Of a stretch of DNA of 23,788 nucleotides, positions 1 through 8,140 are shown in pieces (the stretch's first letter is position 1; every line of letters begins with the position of its first letter). The notes under the pieces were generated by a model. It searched no databases, was not told the origin of the DNA, and worked only from the letters and a program-made list of their open reading frames with translations. Both the position numbers and the translations under genes were made by a program. The stretch lies in contig JBGQEL010000062.1 in the NCBI GenBank assembly GCA_041496385.1, positions 1 through 23,788 of the forward strand, written 5' to 3'. Source of the stretch: Candidatus Methylomirabilia bacterium. GTDB taxonomy: Bacteria; Methylomirabilota; Methylomirabilia; Rokubacteriales; CSP1-6.

Positions 1-604
1 CCGCCTCGGCCGCCTCGAGCGAGGAGACACGCACGAGCCGTGGCGTGACGCGCCCGAAGAGCGTCGCGGCGGCCTCGGCGCTCTCGTCGTCGAGGCCGCC
101 GACGACCTGCGGCAGCTCGGCCAGCTCGCGGAGCGCCTGCCCCTGGATGGTCCGCTCCGGACAGAACGCCAGGCGCACCCGCCGCCACCGCGCCGCGAGC
201 TCGGGCAGCACCACGCGACGGCTCGCGCCCACGGGCACGGTGCTGCGGACGATCACCAGCGTCCCCTCGGCGCACGTCTCGGCGACCGCGCGCGCGGCGC
301 TTCGCAAGCCTTCGAGGTCGGGCGCGTGCGTGTGGGGATCGACGGGCGTCGAGACGCAGAGCACGACGGCGTCGAGCGGCTCGGCGGGAAGCTCGAGGGC
401 GATATGCAGACGCTCGCCGAGGAACGCGCGGAGCGCCTCCTCGACCCCGGGCTCGTAGAGGTGCGGCCGGCCGGCCGCGAGCGTCTCGACCACGTGCGGG
501 GCGCGGTCGCAGCCGAAGACCACGCACCCCTGCCGGGCGAGCGACACCGCGAGGGTGAGGCCGACATACCCGAGCCCGACGACGCCGACGCCGACCTGGG
601 TCAC
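1..604 (-). CDS. Nucleotide-sugar dehydrogenase (UDP-glucose/GDP-mannose/UDP-HexNAc dehydrogenase family), truncated at the left window edge
   Basis: Not in the ORF track because there is no stop in the window. Manual translation from GTG at 604 gives MTQVGVGVVGLGYVGLTLAVSLARQG...HLYEPG...VLCVSTP...IVRSTVPVG...AFCPERTIQGQALREL...SSLEAAEA, with the family motifs GLGYVG, STVPVG and PER. It overlaps the upstream stop as GTGA (601-604). Confidence 0.9.
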   Translation of the reverse strand, partial: MTQVGVGVVGLGYVGLTLAVSLARQGCVVFGCDRAPHVVETLAAGRPHLYEPGVEEALRAFLGERLHIALELPAEPLDAVVLCVSTPVDPHTHAPDLEGLRSAARAVAETCAEGTLVIVRSTVPVGASRRVVLPELAARWRRVRLAFCPERTIQGQALRELAELPQVVGGLDDESAEAAATLFGRVTPRLVRVSSLEAAEA

Positions 605-1653
605 TCGAGGAGCCCCTCGGCGACGTCGCGGTTGGCCTTGTCGAAATCCCCGTGCCGGCCCACGTCGAGCCAGTACTCCCGGATGGGAAACGCGACCACG
701 GGCCAGCCGAGCCGCATCACCATGGCGATGAGCTCGGGCATGTCGAGGCGGCCCGTGAGCGGCATCTGCTGCAGGACCAGCGGATGGAGGACGTAGATCC
801 CGCTGTTGATCACGAAATCGAGCCTCGGCTTCTCGGTCACGCCGGCCAGCCGCTCACCGTCCACCTCGAGGATCCCGTACGGCATGTCGACGGTGTACGG
901 CACCGTGCCGACCGTCAGCCTGGCGCCGTGCCGCTCGTGAAACTCCAGCATCGCCCGGAAGTCGCACTTGGTGAGGATGTCGGCGTTGATCACCAGGAAC
1001 GGCAGACGGAGCAACTGCTGAAAATCCTTCAGCGCACCGGCGGTCCCCCGCGGCTCGGCTTCGTAGCGGTAGTCGATCCGCACGCCCAGCCGGGAGCCGT
1101 CGCCGAAGTACTCCTCGATCATGTGCCGCATGTAGTGCAGCGTCATGAAGATCTGGTGGAAGCCGGCGTCACGCAGCCGTTCGATCATGATCTCGAGCAG
1201 CGGCTTGCCGCCGATCCTGAGGAGCGGCTTGGGTGTCGTCTCCGTGAGCGGGCGCAGGCGGCTGCCCGAGCCCCCCGCCATGATGACCGCCGCGTTCGGC
1301 AGCGCCGCCGGCTCCAGCAGCTTCTCGAAGAACAGCACGTCCACGACGACCCGCGAGGCGTCGACCACGGGGAGCTGGCGAATCGCGCGGCTCCGCATGA
1401 GCGCCAGCGCGTCGGCGGTGGAGATGCCGGCCGGGGCGACGATCGGCGCGCGGTTCATCGCCTCCTCCACCGGCGCCTCGAGCGTGACGCCGCGCAGGAT
1501 CGCCTTGCGCAGATCGCCGTCGGTCGTGAGGCCGAGGAGCCGGCGCTCGCCGTCCACGACGAGCGCGAGCCGCTTGCCGCTCTTCGTGAGCCGCTCGAGC
1601 GTCTCGCGGAGCGTCGCGCCCTCCCGCACGAGCACGTCGTCGAGGTTCGTCAT
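601..1653 (-). CDS. CBS-domain nucleotidyltransferase (PtmE/LegX-like sugar-1-phosphate guanylyltransferase of legionaminic acid pathways)
   Basis: N-terminal CBS pair (LLGLTTDGDLRKAIL), then IMAGGSGSRLRPLTETTPKPLL, EPRGTAGAL, INSGIY and EYWLDVG nucleotidyltransferase motifs. Adjacent to neuC/neuB. Confidence 0.88.
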   Translation of the reverse strand: MTNLDDVLVREGATLRETLERLTKSGKRLALVVDGERRLLGLTTDGDLRKAILRGVTLEAPVEEAMNRAPIVAPAGISTADALALMRSRAIRQLPVVDASRVVVDVLFFEKLLEPAALPNAAVIMAGGSGSRLRPLTETTPKPLLRIGGKPLLEIMIERLRDAGFHQIFMTLHYMRHMIEEYFGDGSRLGVRIDYRYEAEPRGTAGALKDFQQLLRLPFLVINADILTKCDFRAMLEFHERHGARLTVGTVPYTVDMPYGILEVDGERLAGVTEKPRLDFVINSGIYVLHPLVLQQMPLTGRLDMPELIAMVMRLGWPVVAFPIREYWLDVGRHGDFDKANRDVAEGLLE

Positions 1654-1657
1654 CGTC

Positions 1658-2818
1658 TCACTCCGGACCCCGCTTCTGGACGAGGCGCGCGTCGAGCGGA
1701 GCCTCGCGCAGGACGCGCGCGATCCGTGGCGCCGCGTGCCCGTCGCCGTACGGGTTCGCTACTCCCCGGAGGTGCCTGCGCAGGCCGGGGGCCAGGGCCC
1801 GCTCGACGCCCTGGAGGATCTCCTCGCGCCGCGCCTCCACGTCGATGACGTTCTCGCCCCGGAGACGCCCGCGCTGCCGGCTCCCGACGTTGACCACGGG
1901 AAGCCCGAAGGACGGCGCCTCGATGAGACCGCTCGACGAGTTGCCGATCATCACGTCGGCGTGCTCGAGCAGCGACAGGTAGCGGTCGTCCCCCAGGTTC
2001 TTCACCAGGCGGACGCGCGGACTGCGCGCGCGCAGCTCCTCGAGCCGCTCGATGATCGTGCGTCCCGCGGTGTCGGCGTTCGGGTAGGTGACCACGAGGG
2101 TCATGTCGAGCTTCTCGAGGGCCGCCACCAGCTCCTCGACCTGCGTCGCGGTCTCGCGGTACTCGAGCGTCACCGGATGGAACGTGACGAGGGCCCAGCG
2201 TCCCTCCGCCGGCAGCTCGAGGACCGCGGCGAGCTCGCCGCGCGGGAGGAGCCGCGTGGTCCGGATCCGGTCGAGCCCCGGCGCGCCGACGGTGTGGATG
2301 CGCCAGCCCTCCTCGCCGAGCGCCCGGACGCGGCGCGCGTGCGCGTCGGCCGACACCATGTGCAGGTGCGCGAGCTTGGTGATCGCGTGGCGAATCTGGT
2401 TGTCGAAGGCGCCCTCCGAGACCTCGCCGCCGTGCAGGTGCGCGACCGGCAGCGCGAACGGCAGGGCCGCGACCGCGGCCGCCAGCATCTCGAAGCGGTC
2501 GCCGAGCACGACCAGGAGATCGGGACGCTGGCGCGCGTACGCGCCCGCGAACCCGGCCACGCCGCGGCCCGTCGAGGCGGCGACGGCCTCCGGCCCGTCG
2601 CCGGGCTCGAGCATCTCGATCCGCTCCGCGATCGGCCACCCATCCGCCTCGATCGCCTCGACGGTCCGCCCGAACGTCTCCACGAGGTGCATGCCGCCCA
2701 CGAAGAGGCGCAGCTCGACGTCCGGCGCGCCCGCCAGCTCGCGCAGGACGGGCCTCAGGTGACCCCAGTCCGAGCGGCTCACCGTGACGACGCCGACGAC
2801 CCGCCGTGCGCCGCTCAC
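1658..2818 (-). CDS. neuC: Hydrolysing NDP-N-acetylhexosamine 2-epimerase (NeuC/LegG family)
   Basis: Motifs TVSRSDWG, LGDRFE, HLHGGE, IRHAITK, TFHPVT, GNSSSGLIEAPS, NPYGDG. GTG start overlaps the neuB stop. Confidence 0.92.
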   Translation of the reverse strand: MSGARRVVGVVTVSRSDWGHLRPVLRELAGAPDVELRLFVGGMHLVETFGRTVEAIEADGWPIAERIEMLEPGDGPEAVAASTGRGVAGFAGAYARQRPDLLVVLGDRFEMLAAAVAALPFALPVAHLHGGEVSEGAFDNQIRHAITKLAHLHMVSADAHARRVRALGEEGWRIHTVGAPGLDRIRTTRLLPRGELAAVLELPAEGRWALVTFHPVTLEYRETATQVEELVAALEKLDMTLVVTYPNADTAGRTIIERLEELRARSPRVRLVKNLGDDRYLSLLEHADVMIGNSSSGLIEAPSFGLPVVNVGSRQRGRLRGENVIDVEARREEILQGVERALAPGLRRHLRGVANPYGDGHAAPRIARVLREAPLDARLVQKRGPE

Positions 2819-3870
2819 TCGAGCACCGTCCAGTCGAGCACCTCGTCGGCCGCGACGTCCCGCCTGAGCCGCCGGCCGAGCGCCCGGCCGAGCTCCGCGG
2901 GCGAGATGCCGGTCCCCGGCCGCTTGATGAGGACGGCGTCCGCGGCGAGCCGCTCCCCCGCCCGGAGCGCCCGCGCGGCGACCAGGCTCTTGCGGGCGAC
3001 GCGGAGCGTGTCGAGCTCCGACGGCATCGGCCGCTTCCGGCCGTCGCCGAGCGCCGCCTCGACCGTGCGGATCCCGCGCACGAGCGCGGTCATCCCGCCC
3101 GGGTCGAGCGAGGCCGCGTGGTCCGGACCGGGCAGCGACGTGTCGAGCGTCAGGTGCTTCTCGACGATCGCGGCGCCGCGCGCGACCGCCGCGAGCGCGA
3201 CCTCGATGCCCAGGGTGTGGTCGGAGAAGCCGACCGGATCGCCGAAGCGCGCGCGGAGCGCGTCCATCGCGCGCAGGTTCACCTCTGCGGCGGGCGCCGG
3301 GTACGCGCTCAGGCAGTGCAGGAGCGCGAGCGGCGGGTCGCCGGCCTCACGGATCGCCGTGACCGCCGCGGCCACCTCCTCGAGCGTGGTCATGCCGGTC
3401 GAGAGGATGATCGGCCGGCGCTTCGCGGCCACGTGCCGGAGGAGCGGCAGGTTCGTCACCTCGCCCGACGGCACCTTGAACAGCGCGACGTCGAGCGCCT
3501 CCAGGACGTCGGCGCTCGCCTCGTCGAACGGCGCGGAGAAGAAGAGGATGCCACGCTTGGCGGCGCGCGCCCGGAGCTCCGCGTGCTGCTCGGGCGAGAG
3601 CTCGAGGCGCGCCAGCATCTCGAGCTGGCTCTCGCCGCCGCCGGTGGCGGCCGCCTGGTACTGCGCCTTCGGCGCGTGGCGACTCACGAGCGCCGCGGTC
3701 CGGAACGTCTGGAACTTCACCGCGTCGGCGCCGGCCTCCACCGCCGCGTCCACGAGGCGGCGCGCGAGCTCGACGTCGCCGTTGTGGTTGACGCCGGCCT
3801 CGGCGACGACGAACACCGGCGCCCCGGGGCCGATCGCGCGATCGCCGACGACGAAGGGGCGCGCGCTCAC
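2815..3870 (-). CDS. neuB: Nonulosonic acid synthase (NeuB/LegI family) with C-terminal SAF/antifreeze-like domain
   Basis: AEAGVNHNG, DAVKFQ, KVPSGE, ILSTGM, GFSDHT, EKHLTLD..GPDH, and C-terminal RKSLVA...KRPGTGISP. Confidence 0.95.
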   Translation of the reverse strand: MSARPFVVGDRAIGPGAPVFVVAEAGVNHNGDVELARRLVDAAVEAGADAVKFQTFRTAALVSRHAPKAQYQAAATGGGESQLEMLARLELSPEQHAELRARAAKRGILFFSAPFDEASADVLEALDVALFKVPSGEVTNLPLLRHVAAKRRPIILSTGMTTLEEVAAAVTAIREAGDPPLALLHCLSAYPAPAAEVNLRAMDALRARFGDPVGFSDHTLGIEVALAAVARGAAIVEKHLTLDTSLPGPDHAASLDPGGMTALVRGIRTVEAALGDGRKRPMPSELDTLRVARKSLVAARALRAGERLAADAVLIKRPGTGISPAELGRALGRRLRRDVAADEVLDWTVLE

Positions 3871-5783
3871 CGCGTTCCCCCGGCGGCCAGCTCGGCCCGG
3901 ATCTCGTCCACGACGGCGAGCAGCCGGTCGCCGAGGGCGCCGTCCACGGGATGGACGTAGCGCTCGGAAAACGTCCGGCCGCGCTCGACGAGCGCCGCGC
4001 GCTCGGCCGGGTCGTCGATCAGGCGCCGGAGCGCCGTCGCGAGCCCGGCGGCGTCTCCCATCTCGATCCGCTCGACGGCGCCCGCGCGCGCGTAGGGCAG
4101 CATGTTGAGGCCCTCGACGTCCTTTCCCGGCGTCTGCACCGCCACGACGGGGCAGCCCATCGCCATCGCTTCGATCCCGGCCATGGACGTCACCATGATC
4201 GCCGCGGTCGCGGCGCCGAAGAGCCGGTGGATGTCGTAGTCCTGCGTCAGGACCGCGTCGGGCCAGCCCCAGTCGATCACCTGCGCGCGCAGGAGCCCGA
4301 GATCCTCGTTGGGGTGGACCTTGACGACGACGTTGACGGGGCCGAGCCGCGGGAGGGCGTCGCGGACCGTGCGGTAGAGCGCCGCCTTCTCGTCGCCGGA
4401 AAAGAAGACCGACACGTACTTGGAGACGAGCACGAGCAGAGGGCGGTCGGGCGCCAGGCCGAAGTCCGAGAGGACCTCGGCGCGCAGGCGCTCGGCCGGC
4501 ACGAGCCGCGCGGCGTTCGAGCGCGGGTCGCCCACCGCGGCGAGCCGCCGGGCCTCGACCCCCTGCTCGATCAGCTGCGTCCTCACCTGCTCGCCGATCA
4601 CCAAGATCCGATCGCCCACGTCGAACCGGTTGAGCCGGTCGCGTCCGAGAATGGCGCCCGCCCAGAAGACGATCACCGGAATCCCGCGGACGCGCGCGGC
4701 CAGGGCCAGCGCGCGGTCCGAGATGCGCCGATCGCTCGTGATGACGACGGCGGCCGGCCGGTACGCGTCGAGCGCGCGGTCAGCCGCCTCGAGGTAGAGG
4801 CGCGCCGTGGCGAGGGTCCACGTGAGCGTGTCCCGCGCGTACGGCGCGACGACCGCGCCGAGCGTGCCGGGCGCCGTCGTGTCGGAGAGCCGGGCGAGGA
4901 GCCGGCGCTGCAGCGGCCGGAGCTCCCGGACGAGGCGGCGCGCGTCCGCCGGGGGGAGATGATCCACGATGAACGCGCCGGCCATGCCGAGCCCCGCGAG
5001 ACGCCGGAGCGGCGCCTCGACCGCGCCGGGATCGTTGGCCGCGGCGAGCACGACGGGCGTCACACCCCGGCCGGCCAGCGCCTGCGCCAGCGGCTCGACG
5101 AGCTGGAAGTGCCGGGGGTGCGCGACCCCGAACACGATGGTCCGCGATGCCGCCGGGAGCGGGTGGCGGCGGGGCTGGGCGAGCGGCACCCGTAGCGCGC
5201 GACGCTCCTCGCGCCGCCGCAGGAGGCGGGCGGTGCGGGCGAACGTCGGCAGCGCGCGGCGCGCGCGGCCGACCTCGAGCCCACGCTCGGCCGCCAGCAC
5301 GCACGCCACGCGCTCGGCGATCGAGGCGCCGCTCATCAGCACGACGCGCTCGGGCTTGACCTCGTCCAGGAGCCGCTCGAGCATGCCGGCGTACTCCACG
5401 ACCTCGAGATACAGCAGCACCGCCTTCGTCATGCTCAGGAGGTCGGGCAGCCAGACGCCGCCCACGTCGAGGCCGGGCTCCTCGCCGCGCGGCGGCCACC
5501 AGGCCGCGACGAGGTCGTGCGAGAGGCGGGACAGCCTCGCGTCCCCCTGATAGCTCTCCTCGTCGTGGAAGCGGAGCGCTGCGGCACCGCCGAGCCTCGC
5601 CTCGTCGACGCCGCCGCGGCTCACGAGGAGCGTCACCTCGTGCTCGGCGCCGAGCCGCGTGACGACCGTCTCGAGCGCCCGCTGCTCGAGGCGGCGCGAG
5701 GCCCGGTACAGCGCGCGCACCCAGGGCCGCCGGAACTCGCCGAAGGCGCGCGCGGGCTCGGCGACGACGAGGACCCGGCTCAC
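3867..5783 (-). CDS. 638-aa hypothetical surface-carbohydrate protein with C-terminal GT-B-like domain (candidate nonulosonate transferase)
   Basis: Likely start is GTG 5783 (GTGA overlap with the upstream stop); the ORF-track extension to 6095 overlaps the acetyltransferase. The C-terminal half has VGDPR, VVVKVHPNED and TSMAGIEAMAMGCPVV, typical of the GT-B nucleotide-binding domain. It sits between neuD and neuB. Confidence 0.6.
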   Translation of the reverse strand: MSRVLVVAEPARAFGEFRRPWVRALYRASRRLEQRALETVVTRLGAEHEVTLLVSRGGVDEARLGGAAALRFHDEESYQGDARLSRLSHDLVAAWWPPRGEEPGLDVGGVWLPDLLSMTKAVLLYLEVVEYAGMLERLLDEVKPERVVLMSGASIAERVACVLAAERGLEVGRARRALPTFARTARLLRRREERRALRVPLAQPRRHPLPAASRTIVFGVAHPRHFQLVEPLAQALAGRGVTPVVLAAANDPGAVEAPLRRLAGLGMAGAFIVDHLPPADARRLVRELRPLQRRLLARLSDTTAPGTLGAVVAPYARDTLTWTLATARLYLEAADRALDAYRPAAVVITSDRRISDRALALAARVRGIPVIVFWAGAILGRDRLNRFDVGDRILVIGEQVRTQLIEQGVEARRLAAVGDPRSNAARLVPAERLRAEVLSDFGLAPDRPLLVLVSKYVSVFFSGDEKAALYRTVRDALPRLGPVNVVVKVHPNEDLGLLRAQVIDWGWPDAVLTQDYDIHRLFGAATAAIMVTSMAGIEAMAMGCPVVAVQTPGKDVEGLNMLPYARAGAVERIEMGDAAGLATALRRLIDDPAERAALVERGRTFSERYVHPVDGALGDRLLAVVDEIRAELAAGGTR

Positions 5784-6427
5784 GCGAGGCCTTGCTTCTT
5801 CATGAAATCCGAGACGCCAGAGTACGTGCCGCCCGCCGAGACGTCGTTCACCACTCGCGCACCGGCATACACGACCGCACCTTTGCCGATGACGACACCC
5901 GGCACCACGATCGCTCCGGCACCGACGAACGCTCCGGCTTCGACACGCACGTCCCCGCAGAGGATCACGCCCGGCGCCAGGTACGCGTGGTCGGCGATCC
6001 GGCATCCGTGCTCGAGCACGCTCCCGCTGTAGATCACCGCGTCCTCGCCGACGACGGTGTCGGCACCGACGACCGTGTGCGGGAAGACGACGCACCCGTC
6101 ACCGATCTTCGCCGACGGCGACACGGTGGCGCTCGGGTGCACGAGGCTCGGAGTCGCGACACCCAGCTCCCGCAGACGGGCGAACAGCACGGGGCGACGG
6201 GCGAGCGCGGTGTTGCCGACCCCGACGATCGCGCCGTCGAAGCGGCCCTCGGTGACCAGCGTCTCCAAGTCGTCGTCGGATCCGATGACGCCCTCCGTGA
6301 CCGGCGCTCCGTGGGCGCCGAGGAAGCCGGCGAGGCGCCACCCGCAGGCTTCAGCCAGGTCCGCGACAGCGCGGGCGTGACCGCCGGCGCCGAGCACAAG
6401 GAGGCGACGGGCGACGTCCGGGCTCAC
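5780..6427 (-). CDS. Hexapeptide-repeat sugar acetyltransferase (NeuD/PglD family)
   Basis: Start GTG 6427 (GTGA overlap). LLVLGAGGHARAV N-terminus, IVGVGN..RR, LVHPSATVSPSAKIGDG, LEHGCRI and left-handed beta-helix repeats; 215 aa. Confidence 0.9.
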   Translation of the reverse strand: MSPDVARRLLVLGAGGHARAVADLAEACGWRLAGFLGAHGAPVTEGVIGSDDDLETLVTEGRFDGAIVGVGNTALARRPVLFARLRELGVATPSLVHPSATVSPSAKIGDGCVVFPHTVVGADTVVGEDAVIYSGSVLEHGCRIADHAYLAPGVILCGDVRVEAGAFVGAGAIVVPGVVIGKGAVVYAGARVVNDVSAGGTYSGVSDFMKKQGLA

Positions 6428-7149
6428 TGCCGCGAGTGCGGGATGGGCGCCCGGCCCTGCCGGAACACGAGCTCGGCGAGCAGGAAGTCCCACTCGGTGT
6501 CGATGTTCACGGACGCCTCGAAGTCCCGGATGACGGCGCGGTTGTCGGCGCCGAGCACGCGTCCCTCGGTCATCAGCACGTCGTAGCGCGTGACGTAGAC
6601 GGCGCCCGACGGCTGGTAGACGGGCGGCGCGTCCTGACGCCGGACGTACTTGTGGCCGTCGGGGAAGAGCGGGACCGTTCGGTCGCCGTCGAGCGTCTTC
6701 ATGAAGAAAGGATGGTACGAGGCCTCGATCACCGTCTGCGCCGAATCGGCGCCGGTCTCGACGAGTTTCGCGATCGTCGCGTCGATGTCGCCGCCGGTCC
6801 GGAACGGCGACGTCGGCTGGATCGTGACGACGAGGTCCGGGCGGGGCCCGCCGCTCGCCTCGAGCCAGCGGACGGCGTGCTGCAGGACCGGGACCATGCC
6901 CGCCTCGTCGGTCGCCAGGTCGGGCGGGCGCAGGAACGGCACCGCGGCGCCGTGACGGCGCGCCTCGGCGGCGATCGGCTCGCTGTCCGTGGACACCAGG
7001 AACCGTCCCAGGCGCGTCGCCTCCCGGCACGAGGCGACGGCGTGGCCGATCAGCGAGAGCGGGCCGAGGGTGCGCAGATTCTTCCCTGGCAGGCCCTTCG
7101 AGCCGCCGCGCGCCGGGATGACCGCGAAGGCGTAGAGAGCCGCCGTCAC
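6424..7149 (-). CDS. neuA: CMP-nonulosonic acid synthetase (acylneuraminate cytidylyltransferase, NeuA/LegF family)
   Basis: IPARGGSKGLPGKNL, VSTDSE, PFLRP, QPTSPFR, RRQD, GAVY, NIDTEWD. Confidence 0.93.
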   Translation of the reverse strand: MTAALYAFAVIPARGGSKGLPGKNLRTLGPLSLIGHAVASCREATRLGRFLVSTDSEPIAAEARRHGAAVPFLRPPDLATDEAGMVPVLQHAVRWLEASGGPRPDLVVTIQPTSPFRTGGDIDATIAKLVETGADSAQTVIEASYHPFFMKTLDGDRTVPLFPDGHKYVRRQDAPPVYQPSGAVYVTRYDVLMTEGRVLGADNRAVIRDFEASVNIDTEWDFLLAELVFRQGRAPIPHSRQ

Positions 7150-7153
7150 CGCG

Positions 7154-8140
7154 CTAGACCCGCACCCAGCGCCGCTCGGCCGAGGCGCGCCGGGCCGCGT
7201 CGATCACCTTCATCGTCTTGAAGCCGTCCCAGCCGTCGCACCGCGGGATCGCCTCGCCCTTGACGCAGGCCAGGAAGTGGCGCGCCTCGTCGACGTACAT
7301 GTCGTTGAGCTGGCAGCCGAACGGGTAGATCTCCCAGCGGTTCGCCTTCGGATCGAAGACCCGGATCTCGTTGTCGAAGCGCCGCCACTGGATGACGCCC
7401 TCCTCGCCCATGAGCTCGAAGTGGCTGTGCATGTTCCAGGCGAAGAGGTTCATGTGGATGTTGCCGACGCAGCCCGAGGCGAAGCGCACCGTGAGGTCGG
7501 CGATGTCGTCGGTGTCCATCTCGAGGCTCGACACGTGGTCCACGACCGCGCTGACCTCGACGATCTCGCCGAGGAGCCAGCGCATGTAGTCGATGGCGTG
7601 GCTCTCGTCGAGCACGCAGCCGCCGCCCTGCCGCGCCTGGGCCATGTAGAACTGCCGGTAGTCGCGGCCGGGGTAGCGGTGATGCGGCAGGTGGTAGGCG
7701 TACTCCGTGCGTCCCGCGCGGACGGCGCCGATCCGCCCGTCCTTGAGGAGCTGCTCGACCAGCAGCATCGGCGGCCAGTAGCGCCAGTTGTACGCCGTGA
7801 GCACCCGCAGTCCCTTCGCGTCGGCCGCCCGCAGCACGCCCTCGACGCCCTCCACCGTCTGGGTAAGCGGCTTCTCGATCATCACGTGCAGGCCGTGCTC
7901 CACCGCCATCCGGGCGAGCGCCAGGTGAGAGTCGGGCGGCGTGCAGACGACGACGGCCTGCGCCCCGTCGAGCGCCGCCTCGACCGTCGGCGCGATGCGC
8001 GCGTAGGGGAACTGCGCGGCGGCCGCCTCGCGCTGGGCCGGCGTCGCGTCGAACGCCGAGAGCGCCTCCGCGCCGATCGAGTGGAAGTTGCCGAGGTGGC
8101 GGCGGCCGATCGAGCCGAGGCCGATGATGGCGAGTCTCAC
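7154..8140 (-). CDS. Gfo/Idh/MocA family NAD(P)-dependent oxidoreductase (PtmF-like)
   Basis: Start GTG 8140 (GTGA overlap with the radical SAM stop). IIGLGSIGRRH, CTPPDSH, HVMIEKP, GGGCVLDESHAIDY; 328 aa. Confidence 0.88.
   Translation of the reverse strand: MRLAIIGLGSIGRRHLGNFHSIGAEALSAFDATPAQREAAAAQFPYARIAPTVEAALDGAQAVVVCTPPDSHLALARMAVEHGLHVMIEKPLTQTVEGVEGVLRAADAKGLRVLTAYNWRYWPPMLLVEQLLKDGRIGAVRAGRTEYAYHLPHHRYPGRDYRQFYMAQARQGGGCVLDESHAIDYMRWLLGEIVEVSAVVDHVSSLEMDTDDIADLTVRFASGCVGNIHMNLFAWNMHSHFELMGEEGVIQWRRFDNEIRVFDPKANRWEIYPFGCQLNDMYVDEARHFLACVKGEAIPRCDGWDGFKTMKVIDAARRASAERRWVRV

Noticed and set aside
1145..4108. 987-aa plus-strand ORF
   Set aside because: Antisense shadow of the nucleotidyltransferase, neuC and neuB genes. 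It has no recognisable motifs, and long stop-free antisense frames are expected at this GC content.
5784..7030. Long N-terminal extensions in the ORF track (to 6095, 7030, 9175, 15168, 15884, 16756, 22161, and from 21692) suggesting fusions or frameshifts
   Set aside because: The extensions are low-complexity Arg/Pro/Gly-rich translations overlapping real neighbouring genes. Each true domain begins at an in-frame start with an overlap, SD or -10 signal, so no frameshift or pseudogene is needed.
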